Positions 36,061-47,009 of a stretch of DNA of 64,000 nt are shown piece after piece. A model generated the notes under the pieces. It made no database searches, was not told the DNA's origin, and was given only the letters and a program-made list of their open reading frames with translations. Origin of the DNA: Spirochaetia bacterium (GTDB lineage: Bacteria > Spirochaetota > Spirochaetia > SZUA-6 > Bin103); NCBI GenBank assembly GCA_965208575.1, contig CBDBOV010000004.1:128001-192000 (forward strand), given 5' to 3'. The first letter of the stretch is position 1. Every line of letters begins with the position of its first letter. The position numbers and the translations under genes are program-made.

Positions 36061-37551
36061 GTGCCGGTGCGCCACGCATGGGTGTGCCGGAGAGCAACGC
36101 CGGCGGCATGGCGCACCACGGTGGTGCTGACGCTGGCGGTCGCGGCCTCCGCGCACGGGCCGGCAGCGGCACAGGAAGCGGACGCCGCGCCGCTGGAGAT
36201 CCCCGATCTCACCGTCACCGCCGAGGATCCGCTCATTCTGCTGCCCCCTCTCGGGCCGCCGGTGAACCAGGAGCCGCTCGCCGTGCCGGCGTCGGATCGC
36301 GGGCGCGCCGTGCATCGCGCCGCGCCCGCGGTCAGCGCACCGGGTTTCGGGCCGTTACCCGCACCGGGCGGCGTGCTGCGCATCGCCAGATCGGTGCACG
36401 CGGTGGAACGCAGCTCGGAGTTCAGCGCATGGGCCGGCGCCGTCGGCGCGGATGCGCTGGCGGAGACTCTTGCCGCCCTGTCCTACCGGGATGCCGGCTT
36501 CCTTCCGAACGTGGAGTTGGGACTGTCCGGGCTGGCGCCGACGCGTGACGGCGAGGCGGCCGACGTGTCGGCGCATGTCGCGCTGGAGGCCAACTCCTGG
36601 CGGGTCGGTCTCGATGGCGCCGCGACCGTCGCCGGCGACCTGGCAGCGGGCCGGGGCGTACGAGCCGCGTGGCTAGCATTGAGCGGCGGCGCGGGCCCGT
36701 GGTCGGGAACGCTGTCCGCGCAGCACTGGCAGGCGCATTCGGCCCCCGCCGAGTGGCGGCCGGCGCTTGCGACGGAGCTGGAGTTGATCTCCGCGCGCGG
36801 CCCGCAGGCCGTCGTCGGCCTGGCCGCGGGTCGCACCGGCGACCGGCTGTTCGCACTGCCGGCGGTGCGGGTGCGCTCCGGCGGCACGGCGGATTGGCAT
36901 CTGGCGGCCGGAGTGCGTCCGGTGCTGGGGTTTCCGCGCTGGCTGCCACACCTGGTCCACGACGGGCAGGTCAGCAACCTCGAGATTCAGCCGGACGAGG
37001 GCTGGCTGGCGTGGCTGGGGGGCGGCATCGGCGCCGTCGACCTGCGGGCCGGGTGGGCACATGGCTTGAGCACCGGGACCCGCTCCGTGGACGGCCCCGC
37101 CAGCGGCAGCCACGCGCCGCCCGTGCTCGGCCCTGACCTGCTGCTGTTCGGGGTGGCCGCGGAGGCGACCTGGAACACCGGCTCCGGCGGACCGGTGACG
37201 GTGACGGCGCGGGCGGGGGCCAACTGGCACCCGGAAGCCGCGCACTGGCGGGTGCGCGCCGACGGCCAATGGCAGATCAGCGCCGCGCCGCCGGTTACGC
37301 TCCTGGTAGGTGCGCGGTGGATCGATGTCCGTGAGTACCGGGCCGTGTACGCCGGAGAACACTGGACGCTGGAGATGTTTCGCGACGAGCCGGGGTCGGC
37401 CGTGATCGCCGGGATACGCTGGTCGCCGGCGTGGGGGCACCGCCTGCAACTGACTGCCGGCATCAATGCGCTGGCGGCGGCAAGTGACTTGACGTGGGGT
37501 ATCCGAATCGAGTACGCCCGCGATGTAGTGCGCTTGACCGCGCCGCCGTAG
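36061..37551 (+). CDS. Hypothetical exported protein, possible outer-membrane beta-barrel with TonB-box-like segment
   Basis: Signal peptide ending AAAQ, then EIPDLTVTAE; many alternating aromatic/Gly strands; first gene before exbB. Start uncertain. Confidence 0.55.
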   Translation: MPVRHAWVCRRATPAAWRTTVVLTLAVAASAHGPAAAQEADAAPLEIPDLTVTAEDPLILLPPLGPPVNQEPLAVPASDRGRAVHRAAPAVSAPGFGPLPAPGGVLRIARSVHAVERSSEFSAWAGAVGADALAETLAALSYRDAGFLPNVELGLSGLAPTRDGEAADVSAHVALEANSWRVGLDGAATVAGDLAAGRGVRAAWLALSGGAGPWSGTLSAQHWQAHSAPAEWRPALATELELISARGPQAVVGLAAGRTGDRLFALPAVRVRSGGTADWHLAAGVRPVLGFPRWLPHLVHDGQVSNLEIQPDEGWLAWLGGGIGAVDLRAGWAHGLSTGTRSVDGPASGSHAPPVLGPDLLLFGVAAEATWNTGSGGPVTVTARAGANWHPEAAHWRVRADGQWQISAAPPVTLLVGARWIDVREYRAVYAGEHWTLEMFRDEPGSAVIAGIRWSPAWGHRLQLTAGINALAAASDLTWGIRIEYARDVVRLTAPP

Positions 37552-37562
37552 GCAATGCAAGC

Positions 37563-38192
37563 ATGGTAGCTCTCATCGCCCAGGGCGGAGTTCTGCTCAT
37601 ACCGATCCTGCTGCTGTCGCTCGGTGCCGTGTTCCTGATCTTCGAGCGCGCGCTGTTCTACTGGCAGCAGCGCGCCACCGGCGGCGAGTCGACCGACGAG
37701 GTGTTGAAACTGCTCACCCATACGCCGGCCGGGCAGGTGGCACGGACACTGAGCCGCGGGCGTTCGCCGCAGGCTCGCGTGATCGCCGCCGCGCTCGAAC
37801 GCGGCCCACTGCTTGCCGACCCGGACCAGCGCCGTACGCTCGACCACCTGGTGCTGACCGAGATCGCCGCGCTCGAGCGGTACGTGTCCTCCTTGCAGAA
37901 CATCGCCAACGTGGCCACGTTGCTGGGGCTGCTCGGCACCGTGGTCGGCATGATCTCCGCATTCGTGGGCATGCGCAGCGCCGGCAGCACGGATCTGACG
38001 ATCCTGTCCGGCGGCATCGGACAAGCGCTCATCACCACCGCGGCCGGCCTTGCCGTGGCGATTCCGAGCACGCTGTGCCACCACCTGTTCGTGAACCACG
38101 TGCAGCGCACCGTTGCGCGCCTCAACATTGCGGTCAGCGAGATCACGGCGCACTTCATTGCCGCTACCCTCCGTCCCGAAGCGGGGTCGTAG
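37563..38192 (+). CDS. exbB: MotA/TolQ/ExbB proton channel protein
   Basis: LLGLLGTVVGMI, GIGQALITTAAGL. Confidence 0.9.
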   Translation: MVALIAQGGVLLIPILLLSLGAVFLIFERALFYWQQRATGGESTDEVLKLLTHTPAGQVARTLSRGRSPQARVIAAALERGPLLADPDQRRTLDHLVLTEIAALERYVSSLQNIANVATLLGLLGTVVGMISAFVGMRSAGSTDLTILSGGIGQALITTAAGLAVAIPSTLCHHLFVNHVQRTVARLNIAVSEITAHFIAATLRPEAGS

Positions 38193-38284
38193 CCGGCGGG
38201 CCCGGGGAGCCCGGGGCCGCGGCGCCGCGCGCGAGTTGCCCCAAACGGGTATACTGATCACGAACGTGCCCACGGGGGGAGGGG

Positions 38285-38722
38285 ATGTCGAACGATCTAC
38301 CATACTACCGGAGCTCGCTGAGCCCGGCATCCGCGGTGCCCCTCACGCCACTCATCGACGTGGTGTTCCTGGTGGTAGTCTTCTTCATGGTGAGCGCGAC
38401 GTTCGCCGTGCAGTCCACCGTCCCCGTGCAGCTTCCGCGCGCCGCGGCCGACCCGCCGGATGCAACGGCGCCGTTCGCCGTCACCGTCGACGAGTCGGGA
38501 CGGATCTTCACGGCGCGGTCCGGCGCCCTGCAACCGGTCACCCTCGACGGCCTGCGGCTGGCACTCGTACAATGGCAGGCGGCGGAACCGGTCGACGGCG
38601 TGGTGCTGCACGGCGACGCCCGCGCCAGCTATGGGCGCCTGGTCGCGGTCATGGACGCGATTCGCAGCTCCGGCGTCACCGACATACGCCTGGTCACGGC
38701 GTATCCCGACGCATCGCGATGA
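38285..38722 (+). CDS. exbD: ExbD/TolR protein
   Basis: LTPLIDVVFLVVVFFMV, VQLPRA, HGDARASYG. Confidence 0.9.
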   Translation: MSNDLPYYRSSLSPASAVPLTPLIDVVFLVVVFFMVSATFAVQSTVPVQLPRAAADPPDATAPFAVTVDESGRIFTARSGALQPVTLDGLRLALVQWQAAEPVDGVVLHGDARASYGRLVAVMDAIRSSGVTDIRLVTAYPDASR

Positions 38723-39435
38723 CCGCGCAGCGCGAGATCAATGCGCTGGTCGCCAGCGTTGCCGTCCACGTGTTGGTGCTGGCCGCCCTCATGCTGGCGC
38801 GCGTGCCGGAGCGGGACGCGCCTGCGGTGGCAGTGCTGCGCCTCACTCTGCCGGCGGTGGGTGGCGCCGCACAGTCTCTTGCCGGCCACCCTGGGCCGGT
38901 CATCAGCCAGGCGGGCGGCGCCGCGGTTCCCGGCCAGCCGTCCGCGGGAGCGGGCGCGCTGCCGGCCCTGGTCGCGCCGCGGGCGCGCGTGGCCGCCGGC
39001 GCACCCCGGGCGCCGGCGCGGCCAGGCGCGGCCTCCGCCGCCGTCGTGGGGCTGCCCGACCCCGGCACCGCACTGGCCGGCGCGCTCGCGGCTGCCTCGC
39101 ACGCCGGCCCGGGCGCGGCCGCACCGGTTGCCGCCGCAACCGACACCATGCTTCCGCGCATCACCAGCAGCGGTCTCCCGGCCGTGGAGCGCGGCATCGC
39201 GCTTCCGTACCCGCCCGAGCTGAGCCGGCGCGGCATCGAGGCTGACGTGCAGATTCGGCTCACCGTGGCCATCGACGGCACCGTCGCCGGCGCCGAGGTG
39301 GTGCGCAGTTCGGGTGTGTCGTCGGTGGATGCCGAGGTGGCGCAGGCGCTTCGCCAATTCCTGTTCGCCTCGGCCGGCGAGGCGCCGGTCACCGGCACGA
39401 TTCGGGTGAGCTATCGCCTGGAGCGCGGTTTTTGA
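38719..39435 (+). CDS. tonB: TonB-family energy transducer
   Basis: TM helix with SVAVH; Ala/Pro linker; C-terminal YPPELSRRGIEADV...RSSG. Confidence 0.85.
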   Translation: MTAQREINALVASVAVHVLVLAALMLARVPERDAPAVAVLRLTLPAVGGAAQSLAGHPGPVISQAGGAAVPGQPSAGAGALPALVAPRARVAAGAPRAPARPGAASAAVVGLPDPGTALAGALAAASHAGPGAAAPVAAATDTMLPRITSSGLPAVERGIALPYPPELSRRGIEADVQIRLTVAIDGTVAGAEVVRSSGVSSVDAEVAQALRQFLFASAGEAPVTGTIRVSYRLERGF

Positions 39436-42400
39436 GTGGCCGCGATCGCCGCAGCGGCTCAGGGCCGAAGTGGAATCCTTCGCTACTGGAGGTCTGTGTC
39501 CTTGCACTGATCATCGCCGCGTCCGGCTGGGGCTTGCACTCGCTTGGCAACGCGATCGAGGGCCACCTGACCGGCAAGCGCGAGGACACGATCGCCAACC
39601 TGTTGCAGACGCTCGACTACGACATCAGCTATCGAGACATCTCCCCGTCGCTGCTGCGCGCGTTCGAGATCCGCGACCTGGCCATATCGAGCAGGGAGGC
39701 CCCCGACAGTCCGCTGGTGTTCATCCGCCACCTGCGCCTCCGCTACAGCCTTTCGCGCCTGGTGACCAGCCGCGATCCGGTGGCCGCGTTGCGGGAGATT
39801 CAGTTGGTCGACTCCGACTTCGCGCTCGACCTGGAAGGCGACCAGGGCCTCGGTATACTCCTGCAGGCCCTGAGCGCCGCCGTCAGCGGAGGCGCCGGTG
39901 CGTCGGTGCCGGGCGAGCTGCCGCCGCTGAATCTCGCCGGCGCCAACCTGGGCGTCGTCATCGAGGGCCGCGGCACACGCGTGGAGTTGCGCGAACTCTA
40001 CTTTCGTGTCCGCTCCGGCGATCGGCTGCGGATCACGGCGAGCGGCAGCGTGGCCGGTCTGCTGTCGTCGACGGTGAGTCCGGCGCTGATCGGCAACGAA
40101 TTCCTGGAAACCGAATTCCGAATCACCGGCAGCGCCGCGGCTGACTTCAGCTCGGTCGACGCGACGGTACGCATACCGGAGTTGACGACATCCTCCTTCG
40201 CCACCGCGGCGCTCACCCTGCAGGTGACGGCCACCGACGACGTCGTGCAGATTGTCACCGCCAGGGATCGCCTGCCGGCGGAGGTACTGTTCACGCACGA
40301 CCTCGCCAGCGGGCGCAGCGAGTTGCGGATCGAAGCCGAGGATCTGCAGGTGGCGGATGTCGCACGGTTCAACGGCCCTGGCCGGGCGCTCGACGTGTTG
40401 CAGGGTGCAGCGATAACCGGAAGCGGCCGCTGGCTCCAGGATCCGGTTGCCGGGGCGCGCTACGAGGGCGATTTCAGTGCCCGGATCGCGGCCGGCGGCG
40501 AGCGGCCGGCGACGGAGCTGGTGGTGGCGGCGAGCGGCAACGGCGAGCGCGTGGTGGTGTCGAGACTGGAAGCGCGGATGGAACGGGCCGGCTTCCAGTT
40601 CGTCGGCGACCTGCTCCTCGATCCGTTGTCGCCGCAGGGCGACCTGACCGTTACCGCGGCGCCCGACCTCCTGGGCGGCGCGCCGCTGGACGCCCGCTTG
40701 ACGCTCCGTCGCAACGGCTCCGGCATCGACGTGCGAACCACCCGCCTGACGCTGGGCGATGTCGCCGTGCGCGGCTTCCAGGCCAACCTGTCGCCCGCGG
40801 GTGGCGGCGAGGCGCGCTTTCGCTACCAGGCGCTGCTGGAGCTGGAACAGGACCTTGCCAACTCGATCGCCGGCGACGGCGTGCTCGATCTGCGCTCGGG
40901 TGCACGGCTGGAGTTCAGCGCCCGGTTCACGGACGTGGCCGGCGGCGTCCTGTACCGGCTTGCCGCCGCCCCCGATCAGCGCCAGCCATGGCTGGTGACT
41001 ACGCTCGATCCGCTGCTCGTGAGCGGGATGGTTTCCGGCAGCACCGATTTCGCCGGCGTGCAACTCGGCCGCTCGACGGTACGGGTGCTCGACCGCTCGG
41101 AGCGCGACACCCGGCTGCGATTCAGCATCGGCCGCGATGACGAGGAGTGGCTGCTGGATGACCTGGCGGCGCAGTGGGGCGGCTTCCGGGTGCGCGGCGA
41201 CGCTCGCGTGACGACGGTGGAGGAGGGCCTTGCGGTTGCCGCGAGCTTCACCGTGAACGACGAGCCCCTGTTCCTGCAGGTGATGCACCGGCCCGGTGAA
41301 GGGCTCACCGCCTCCGGCAGCCACCAGCTCCGGGTTGCCGCCGAGTACCCTGCGGCGGGCGGGATCACATTCAGCGGCGCCGTGAGCGAACTGCCGGTTC
41401 CCTGGGCGGAGGAACACCCGCCACTGAAAACCAGCATGGCGTTCCGCGGGGAGGTGGCCGCGTCCGCGGAGTGGTCGCTGCGCAGCGATGCGGTGACGGT
41501 TGCCGGGATTCCGTTGCTGGATCGCCGCGGCGCGGAACTCGAGTTCGGATTCCGGGCGTCCGCAAACGGGGTGTCCCTGGAGCCGATCCGCCTGCGCGAC
41601 GGAGACACCGAGTTGACCGGCAGCGGCAGCCTGACCTACGGCGGCCCGCACGGAGCCGTGGCCGGCCGGCTGCTACTGGTCGATGCCGCCGACCATGAAC
41701 GCTACGAAGTCGCCGCGTCGTTCCAACAGGGACAACTGGACGGCAGCGCCGAGATTCGCGGCGTCCCGCTCGCTCGAATCGGCGAGTTTCCGATCGGCGG
41801 CGACCTGCGCGCAAGCGTACAGGCGTCCGGTCCGATGCAAGCGCTGGCGTGGAGCGCGGCGTTGAACCTGGAGAGGGGCCGCTTCAACGACGAGGCCGTC
41901 TCGCTGGCGGCGAACGTCGATGCCGCACCGGGCAGCCTGGTAGTCGATCAGATCAGTTTTCATCTTCTCAGCCACCGTCTGAGCGAAGGAACGTTGACCT
42001 ACGATCGCGACAGCGCCCGCGCCCAGTTCGACGCCGACTACGTTGCAGACTACTTCGGCGACCCGGTGACCGCTCACCTGCGCCTTGCCGCGGACGACGT
42101 GCAGCTCGGCGCGGACGGCGATCTGAACGCCGCCCTCGCCGCCGGCGTACGGGCCACGCTGCACACCAGCGCCCTGCAGGTTGCCGGCGCACCGCTCGAC
42201 GACTGGCAGCTGCACCTGGTGGTGGCCAGCAGCGATGCCGCGCCGGTGGGCGGCGAGCGCGGCACCGATGTCGTCGTACACTTCGACGGCGGTCCTCACG
42301 AGGCGTTCGAAGGGTTCATCTCGACCTTGGGGCAGTTTCAGGTGCGCGTACGCGGCGAACCGTACCCGTTGCGCGGCACCGCTACCGGGTCGATCACCGG

Positions 42401-43835
42401 CGGCGTGGTCGCGGCGGACATCGAGCTTGAAGAAGCGGACGCGAGCGTCATCAACGAGCTGATCCGCGACTCGCCGATCAGCGTGGAGTCGGGGCGTGCT
42501 ACCGGCACCGCGCGTGTGGCGGGCCCCCTCAACGATCCCGACATGTGGGGCCGGCTGCGCGTAACCGGTGGCTCGGTGGCCTCGGCGTTGTCACCGCAGG
42601 TGATCGGACCGTTTACCGTCGACCTCAACCTGGACGAGAAGGCGGTGGCGATTTCCGGGTTTGCCTCGGAGAGCGCAACCGCGCTGCCGGTGACCCTGGG
42701 CGGAGGCGCGACGGTGGAACGCTGGATTCCGACCGTCTTTCGGCTGGAGCTGGCCACGACCGGAGCCGGCGGCGTGCCGATTGACTATCAATTCGGACCG
42801 GTGCTGTTCGACGGTTACGCGTCCGGCGCGATCACGGTGACCGGGGCGCCGGAGGGCGTGTCGGTCAGCGGTCGCGTCCAGGCCGTTCAGGGCGACATCT
42901 CCATCGCGGAGGTCACCGCGGGCGCAGGGCGGGCGGACCCGTTGCAGGTGGATCTGGCCATCGACACGGGCCGTAGCGTGGAGTTCACGTGGCCGACGGC
43001 GCAGTTTCCGATTCTGCGCGTGATGCTCGTTCCATCCGAGCAGGTGCGCATCGGCTACGATGGTCTGGCCGGCAGCTTCTCCGTGGACGGCACCGTCGAC
43101 GTGCGCAGCGGAGACCTGTTCTACTTCAATCGCCAGTTCCGTCTTCGCGATGGAAGCATCGGCTTCTCCGAGAACGAGGACCGCTTCGACCCACGGCTCG
43201 AGGTGCACGCCGAGACACGCGAGCGCGATGCGAACGGCGACCCGGTGCGGATCATGCTGAATGCCGAAACCACGCTCAGCCAGTTCAGTCCGGAGACGGT
43301 ACGGCTGGCATCCGATCCGCCGCAGAGCGCGCTCGCCCTCGATGCCTTGGTGCGAGATCCGCTGGCCGGCGAGAATGCCGACGTAACCGGCGGCGCGGGA
43401 GTGTCCGCCGCGGCGTTCTCCGGCGACCTGCTCGCTCAGGTGGCGTTGTTGCAGCCGGTCGAGCGGGCGCTGCGCGAAGCGCTCGGCGTCGACATGGTGA
43501 GCATCCGCTCGCCGTTCGTGCAGAACCTGGTGCTGGACGGACTGGCCACGCCTGCCGAGGACGGCTCGGCGGTCACGGTGGGGAATCCTCTTGACAACAC
43601 CTCCCTGTCTTTCGGAAAGTACCTGGGTAGTGACCTGTTTCTTACCATGCTGCTCCGGCTCGACGCTCCCGGGGACTCCTCCTCGAGCGAGCCGCCGTTG
43701 CTCTCCGATATCGAGCTAAGCCTGGAGTGGGCGACACCCTTTTTCATGTTGGAGTGGTCTTTCCTGCCGCGCAACGCGAATACGCTGTTTGTCACCGACA
43801 ATGCCATTACCTTGCGTTGGGGGTGGCGCTATTGA
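39432..43835 (+). CDS. tamB: Translocation/assembly module TamB-like protein
   Basis: 1467 aa; N-terminal anchor, beta-rich body, C-terminal FDPRLEVHAE...SFGKYLGSDLF; directly upstream of bamA. Confidence 0.8.
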   Translation: MSGRDRRSGSGPKWNPSLLEVCVLALIIAASGWGLHSLGNAIEGHLTGKREDTIANLLQTLDYDISYRDISPSLLRAFEIRDLAISSREAPDSPLVFIRHLRLRYSLSRLVTSRDPVAALREIQLVDSDFALDLEGDQGLGILLQALSAAVSGGAGASVPGELPPLNLAGANLGVVIEGRGTRVELRELYFRVRSGDRLRITASGSVAGLLSSTVSPALIGNEFLETEFRITGSAAADFSSVDATVRIPELTTSSFATAALTLQVTATDDVVQIVTARDRLPAEVLFTHDLASGRSELRIEAEDLQVADVARFNGPGRALDVLQGAAITGSGRWLQDPVAGARYEGDFSARIAAGGERPATELVVAASGNGERVVVSRLEARMERAGFQFVGDLLLDPLSPQGDLTVTAAPDLLGGAPLDARLTLRRNGSGIDVRTTRLTLGDVAVRGFQANLSPAGGGEARFRYQALLELEQDLANSIAGDGVLDLRSGARLEFSARFTDVAGGVLYRLAAAPDQRQPWLVTTLDPLLVSGMVSGSTDFAGVQLGRSTVRVLDRSERDTRLRFSIGRDDEEWLLDDLAAQWGGFRVRGDARVTTVEEGLAVAASFTVNDEPLFLQVMHRPGEGLTASGSHQLRVAAEYPAAGGITFSGAVSELPVPWAEEHPPLKTSMAFRGEVAASAEWSLRSDAVTVAGIPLLDRRGAELEFGFRASANGVSLEPIRLRDGDTELTGSGSLTYGGPHGAVAGRLLLVDAADHERYEVAASFQQGQLDGSAEIRGVPLARIGEFPIGGDLRASVQASGPMQALAWSAALNLERGRFNDEAVSLAANVDAAPGSLVVDQISFHLLSHRLSEGTLTYDRDSARAQFDADYVADYFGDPVTAHLRLAADDVQLGADGDLNAALAAGVRATLHTSALQVAGAPLDDWQLHLVVASSDAAPVGGERGTDVVVHFDGGPHEAFEGFISTLGQFQVRVRGEPYPLRGTATGSITGGVVAADIELEEADASVINELIRDSPISVESGRATGTARVAGPLNDPDMWGRLRVTGGSVASALSPQVIGPFTVDLNLDEKAVAISGFASESATALPVTLGGGATVERWIPTVFRLELATTGAGGVPIDYQFGPVLFDGYASGAITVTGAPEGVSVSGRVQAVQGDISIAEVTAGAGRADPLQVDLAIDTGRSVEFTWPTAQFPILRVMLVPSEQVRIGYDGLAGSFSVDGTVDVRSGDLFYFNRQFRLRDGSIGFSENEDRFDPRLEVHAETRERDANGDPVRIMLNAETTLSQFSPETVRLASDPPQSALALDALVRDPLAGENADVTGGAGVSAAAFSGDLLAQVALLQPVERALREALGVDMVSIRSPFVQNLVLDGLATPAEDGSAVTVGNPLDNTSLSFGKYLGSDLFLTMLLRLDAPGDSSSSEPPLLSDIELSLEWATPFFMLEWSFLPRNANTLFVTDNAITLRWGWRY

Positions 43836-43914
43836 CGCCGTATCGATTGACGCCGCATCGACTCGCCGACCGCACGGCACCGCTGGCCGCGTCGTCGCTG
43901 CGGAGACGCGGCCG

Positions 43915-46449
43915 ATGACCGGCGCCGGGACCCGGGGACCGGGGCGGCGCATCGCCGCGGCCGTGCTGGCGCTGCTGGCAGGCATCGGCCTCGTCGGTAC
44001 GCTGTATGCACAGTCGGGCGATGACTGGTATGTCGGCAAACCGATCGCCGACGTTCGGTTTGAAGGGTTGCGACACGCGGCCGAGTCGGACCTGCGCGAG
44101 ATTGTACGACCCTACGTGGAGCGCGAGTTCACCCTCGACCTGTTCTGGGAGCTACAGGGCAGGTTGTATGCAACCGACCTCTTCGAGAGCCTGGAGTCGA
44201 ATGCCGTGGCGGTCGACGATGAACAGTCGGCGGTGATCATCGAGTTCCTGGTTCAGGAACGGCCGGTGGTGGGAAGCGTGGACATGGTGGGCAACCAGCG
44301 TATCCGGGACTCGGAGCTGCTGGAGGTAATGGAGCTGTCGCGCGGCGACGTGTTCGACCCCATCAAGCTCGATGCCGACGAATCCGCCGTACGTGGATTG
44401 TACGTCACGAAGGGATATCCGGACGCCACGATCACCATCGACACGGTGCGCGACGACGAAGCCGGCGAGGTCGCCGTCATCGTGCAGGTGGTGGAGGGAT
44501 TCGAGGTGACGGTCGATGACATTCGCTTCGTCGGCAATGAATTCGCTTCCGAGAGCACCCTCAGGGGCCGCATGCGCACCAAGAAGCGCTCGCTGTTCGA
44601 GAGCGGCGCGTTCCGCGAGGTCACGCTGCAGGAGGACGAGGAGATCATCGAGTCGTACTATGCGTCGCATGGCTACGTCGACGCCGCCGTCGATCGCATC
44701 GAGCGCGAATTGGTTCTCGACGCCGATCAGCAGCGCCGCTCGCTGACCCTGACCATCTATCTCACCGAGGGCGAGCAGTACTCCTATGGCGGCATGTCGT
44801 TCGAGGGCAATGCGATCTTCTCCGACGACGAACTCAACGGCCTCGTCCGGCACGGGGCCGACCGCGAGGTGAACCGGGAAATCGTCGAAGCCGACTTCGT
44901 CCGTGTCCAGGACCGCTACTACGAGAACGGCTACATCTTCAACCTGTTCGAACTGTTCGCGGAGCGCAACGAGGATACCCGCCAGATCGCCTATCGCGTG
45001 GTCATTCAGGAGCGCGAGCGCGCGCACATCGAGAACATCGTGATCAGCGGCGCGGAGAAAACCAGGGATCACGTCATCCTGCGCGAGTTGCCGTTCGAAG
45101 TCGGCGACGTTTTCAACCGGACGGCGATCGTGCAGGGACTGCGCAACCTGTACAATACGCAGTACTTCTCGGTGGTAACGCCGGACACCCCACCCGGAAC
45201 CGCGGAAGGATTGATGGACGTGGTCATCACCGTCGAGGAACAGAGTACCGCGGACATCAATTTCGGCGTTACCATCGGTGGATCCGAGTTTCCGTTCGCC
45301 GGCACCGTGCGCTGGAACGAACGCAACCTGGGCGGTGGCGGGCAGTCCATCGGTGCGGGATTGGAGCTGTCGCCCATCAAGCAGTCCCTGACCTTCGAGT
45401 TTGTCGAGCCGTGGTTGTTCGGCGCACGCTGGTCGGGCGGCGTGAACCTCGGCCTCGAGCGCTCCGTGGTACGCGGCGTGCAGCAGGATGTCCTGCCGCC
45501 CATCTTCGACGATCCCGACCAGGCCGCGCCCGATCCGTACGATAGCCGGGAAGAGTGGGAACAGGCACGCGACGACGGCGAGCAGGTCTCCGGCCGCTAC
45601 GCCATGGAATACACCGAGTGGGACATCATCGTCGGAACCACGACCGCATACCGCATTCCCACCTCGCTCGGCATCGTGCGGTTCAGCGGTGGTCTGTCAT
45701 CCACCTTGCGATTTCTCACCTTCGATACGGCGATCTACCGGCCGTTCGAGAAGACGATCCGCGACGATCGGGAAAACTGGGTAATGGTGAACCGGATGGA
45801 TGTCGGCGTAGCCTGGGACGGCCGCGACATCTTCCTGAATCCCACCGAGGGCTGGCTGCTCTCGCAGGGCGCCTCGTTTACCGGCGGGTTCCTGTTCGGT
45901 GACCGCCACTTCATTCGCCTCAACAGCCGCGCCGACGGCTTTGTCACGTTGGTGCGTGCCCCGGTGTTTGCCGATTGGGATCTCCAGATCGTGTTGGGCA
46001 CACACTCGGGATTCTCCGTTATCCTGCCGCAATTCTGGGTGCCGGCGGGCGAGCGACACCTGGCTACCGACCGCCATACCGATCTGCTCGCGCTCGACGG
46101 CATCCGCGTGGCTCGCGGTTGGGACACCGTGCGCGGGGGACGCGCGCGTTGGGAGAACTCCGCCGAGGTGCGGGTGCCGATCGACCCGAGACTGCTGTGG
46201 GCCGTCATGTTCGCGGATGCGGCGGTGCTGTGGCCGGAGCTGGAAGATATCGCGGCGACTTCGCTTGAGGACTTCCACTTCAGCCTCGGTGCGGGACTTC
46301 GATTCGCGATCCCGCAGTTTCCGATTCGGCTCTACTTTGCGAACACGTTCAAGATCGTCGATGAGCCGGCGGCCCCCAATGAGACCCTCGACCTGTTCAG
46401 CCTCGACGAGTGGAAGTTCGTGATCTCTCTCGGAGGGGATGTCTTCTAA
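43915..46449 (+). CDS. bamA: Outer membrane protein assembly factor
   Basis: POTRA repeats (FEGL, VQERP, FEGNAIFSD, KTRDHVILRE), ERNLGG, VARGW, C-terminal Phe. Confidence 0.93.
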   Translation: MTGAGTRGPGRRIAAAVLALLAGIGLVGTLYAQSGDDWYVGKPIADVRFEGLRHAAESDLREIVRPYVEREFTLDLFWELQGRLYATDLFESLESNAVAVDDEQSAVIIEFLVQERPVVGSVDMVGNQRIRDSELLEVMELSRGDVFDPIKLDADESAVRGLYVTKGYPDATITIDTVRDDEAGEVAVIVQVVEGFEVTVDDIRFVGNEFASESTLRGRMRTKKRSLFESGAFREVTLQEDEEIIESYYASHGYVDAAVDRIERELVLDADQQRRSLTLTIYLTEGEQYSYGGMSFEGNAIFSDDELNGLVRHGADREVNREIVEADFVRVQDRYYENGYIFNLFELFAERNEDTRQIAYRVVIQERERAHIENIVISGAEKTRDHVILRELPFEVGDVFNRTAIVQGLRNLYNTQYFSVVTPDTPPGTAEGLMDVVITVEEQSTADINFGVTIGGSEFPFAGTVRWNERNLGGGGQSIGAGLELSPIKQSLTFEFVEPWLFGARWSGGVNLGLERSVVRGVQQDVLPPIFDDPDQAAPDPYDSREEWEQARDDGEQVSGRYAMEYTEWDIIVGTTTAYRIPTSLGIVRFSGGLSSTLRFLTFDTAIYRPFEKTIRDDRENWVMVNRMDVGVAWDGRDIFLNPTEGWLLSQGASFTGGFLFGDRHFIRLNSRADGFVTLVRAPVFADWDLQIVLGTHSGFSVILPQFWVPAGERHLATDRHTDLLALDGIRVARGWDTVRGGRARWENSAEVRVPIDPRLLWAVMFADAAVLWPELEDIAATSLEDFHFSLGAGLRFAIPQFPIRLYFANTFKIVDEPAAPNETLDLFSLDEWKFVISLGGDVF

Positions 46450-47002
46450 CAGGCTGTGGCGGACCGGCCGCCTGCTGCGGCGCCGGCTGGCGTTCGCTGT
46501 CCTGCTGGCAGCCGCCGGCAGCGCGCCGGCACAGCAGTTGATCACCAACATCGGGCTGGTCGACCTGCAGGCCGTCACGACGGCATACTTCCGCGAGTCC
46601 ACCGCGGTGCGCGACCTGTATGCGGAGCGTGATCGTGTGCAGGCGGAGCGCGGGCGGCTGGAAGCTCGGATTCTCGAACTGGAGGCGCGCAGGCTGCGCG
46701 CGCAGCAGGAGGGCCGCGAGCAGGAAGCGCTGCGAATCGGCGATCAGGTCTTCACGCAGAAGCAGCACCTGCGCGACTTCGTGTCGGTCATGAACCGGCA
46801 ACTGAGTCACCGGGAGGCGTTGCTCACGGAGTCGGATGCTTTCCTCGGCGAGCTTGCCGACGCGATCGAGTACGTGGCGGAGAGCCGTGGCCTGTCGCTG
46901 GTGCTGGACAAGAACAACGTGACGCTGCTCTACTTTCTGCCCGAAATCGACATCACCGAGTTGGTGATCGCTGAGCTCGGGCGGCGCGCCGGACGCAACT
47001 GA
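46439..47002 (+). CDS. skp: OmpH/Skp periplasmic chaperone
   Basis: IGLVDLQ, coiled coil, GLSLVLD...DITELVI. Confidence 0.88.
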   Translation: MSSNRLWRTGRLLRRRLAFAVLLAAAGSAPAQQLITNIGLVDLQAVTTAYFRESTAVRDLYAERDRVQAERGRLEARILELEARRLRAQQEGREQEALRIGDQVFTQKQHLRDFVSVMNRQLSHREALLTESDAFLGELADAIEYVAESRGLSLVLDKNNVTLLYFLPEIDITELVIAELGRRAGRN

Positions 47003-47009
47003 GCCGGGC

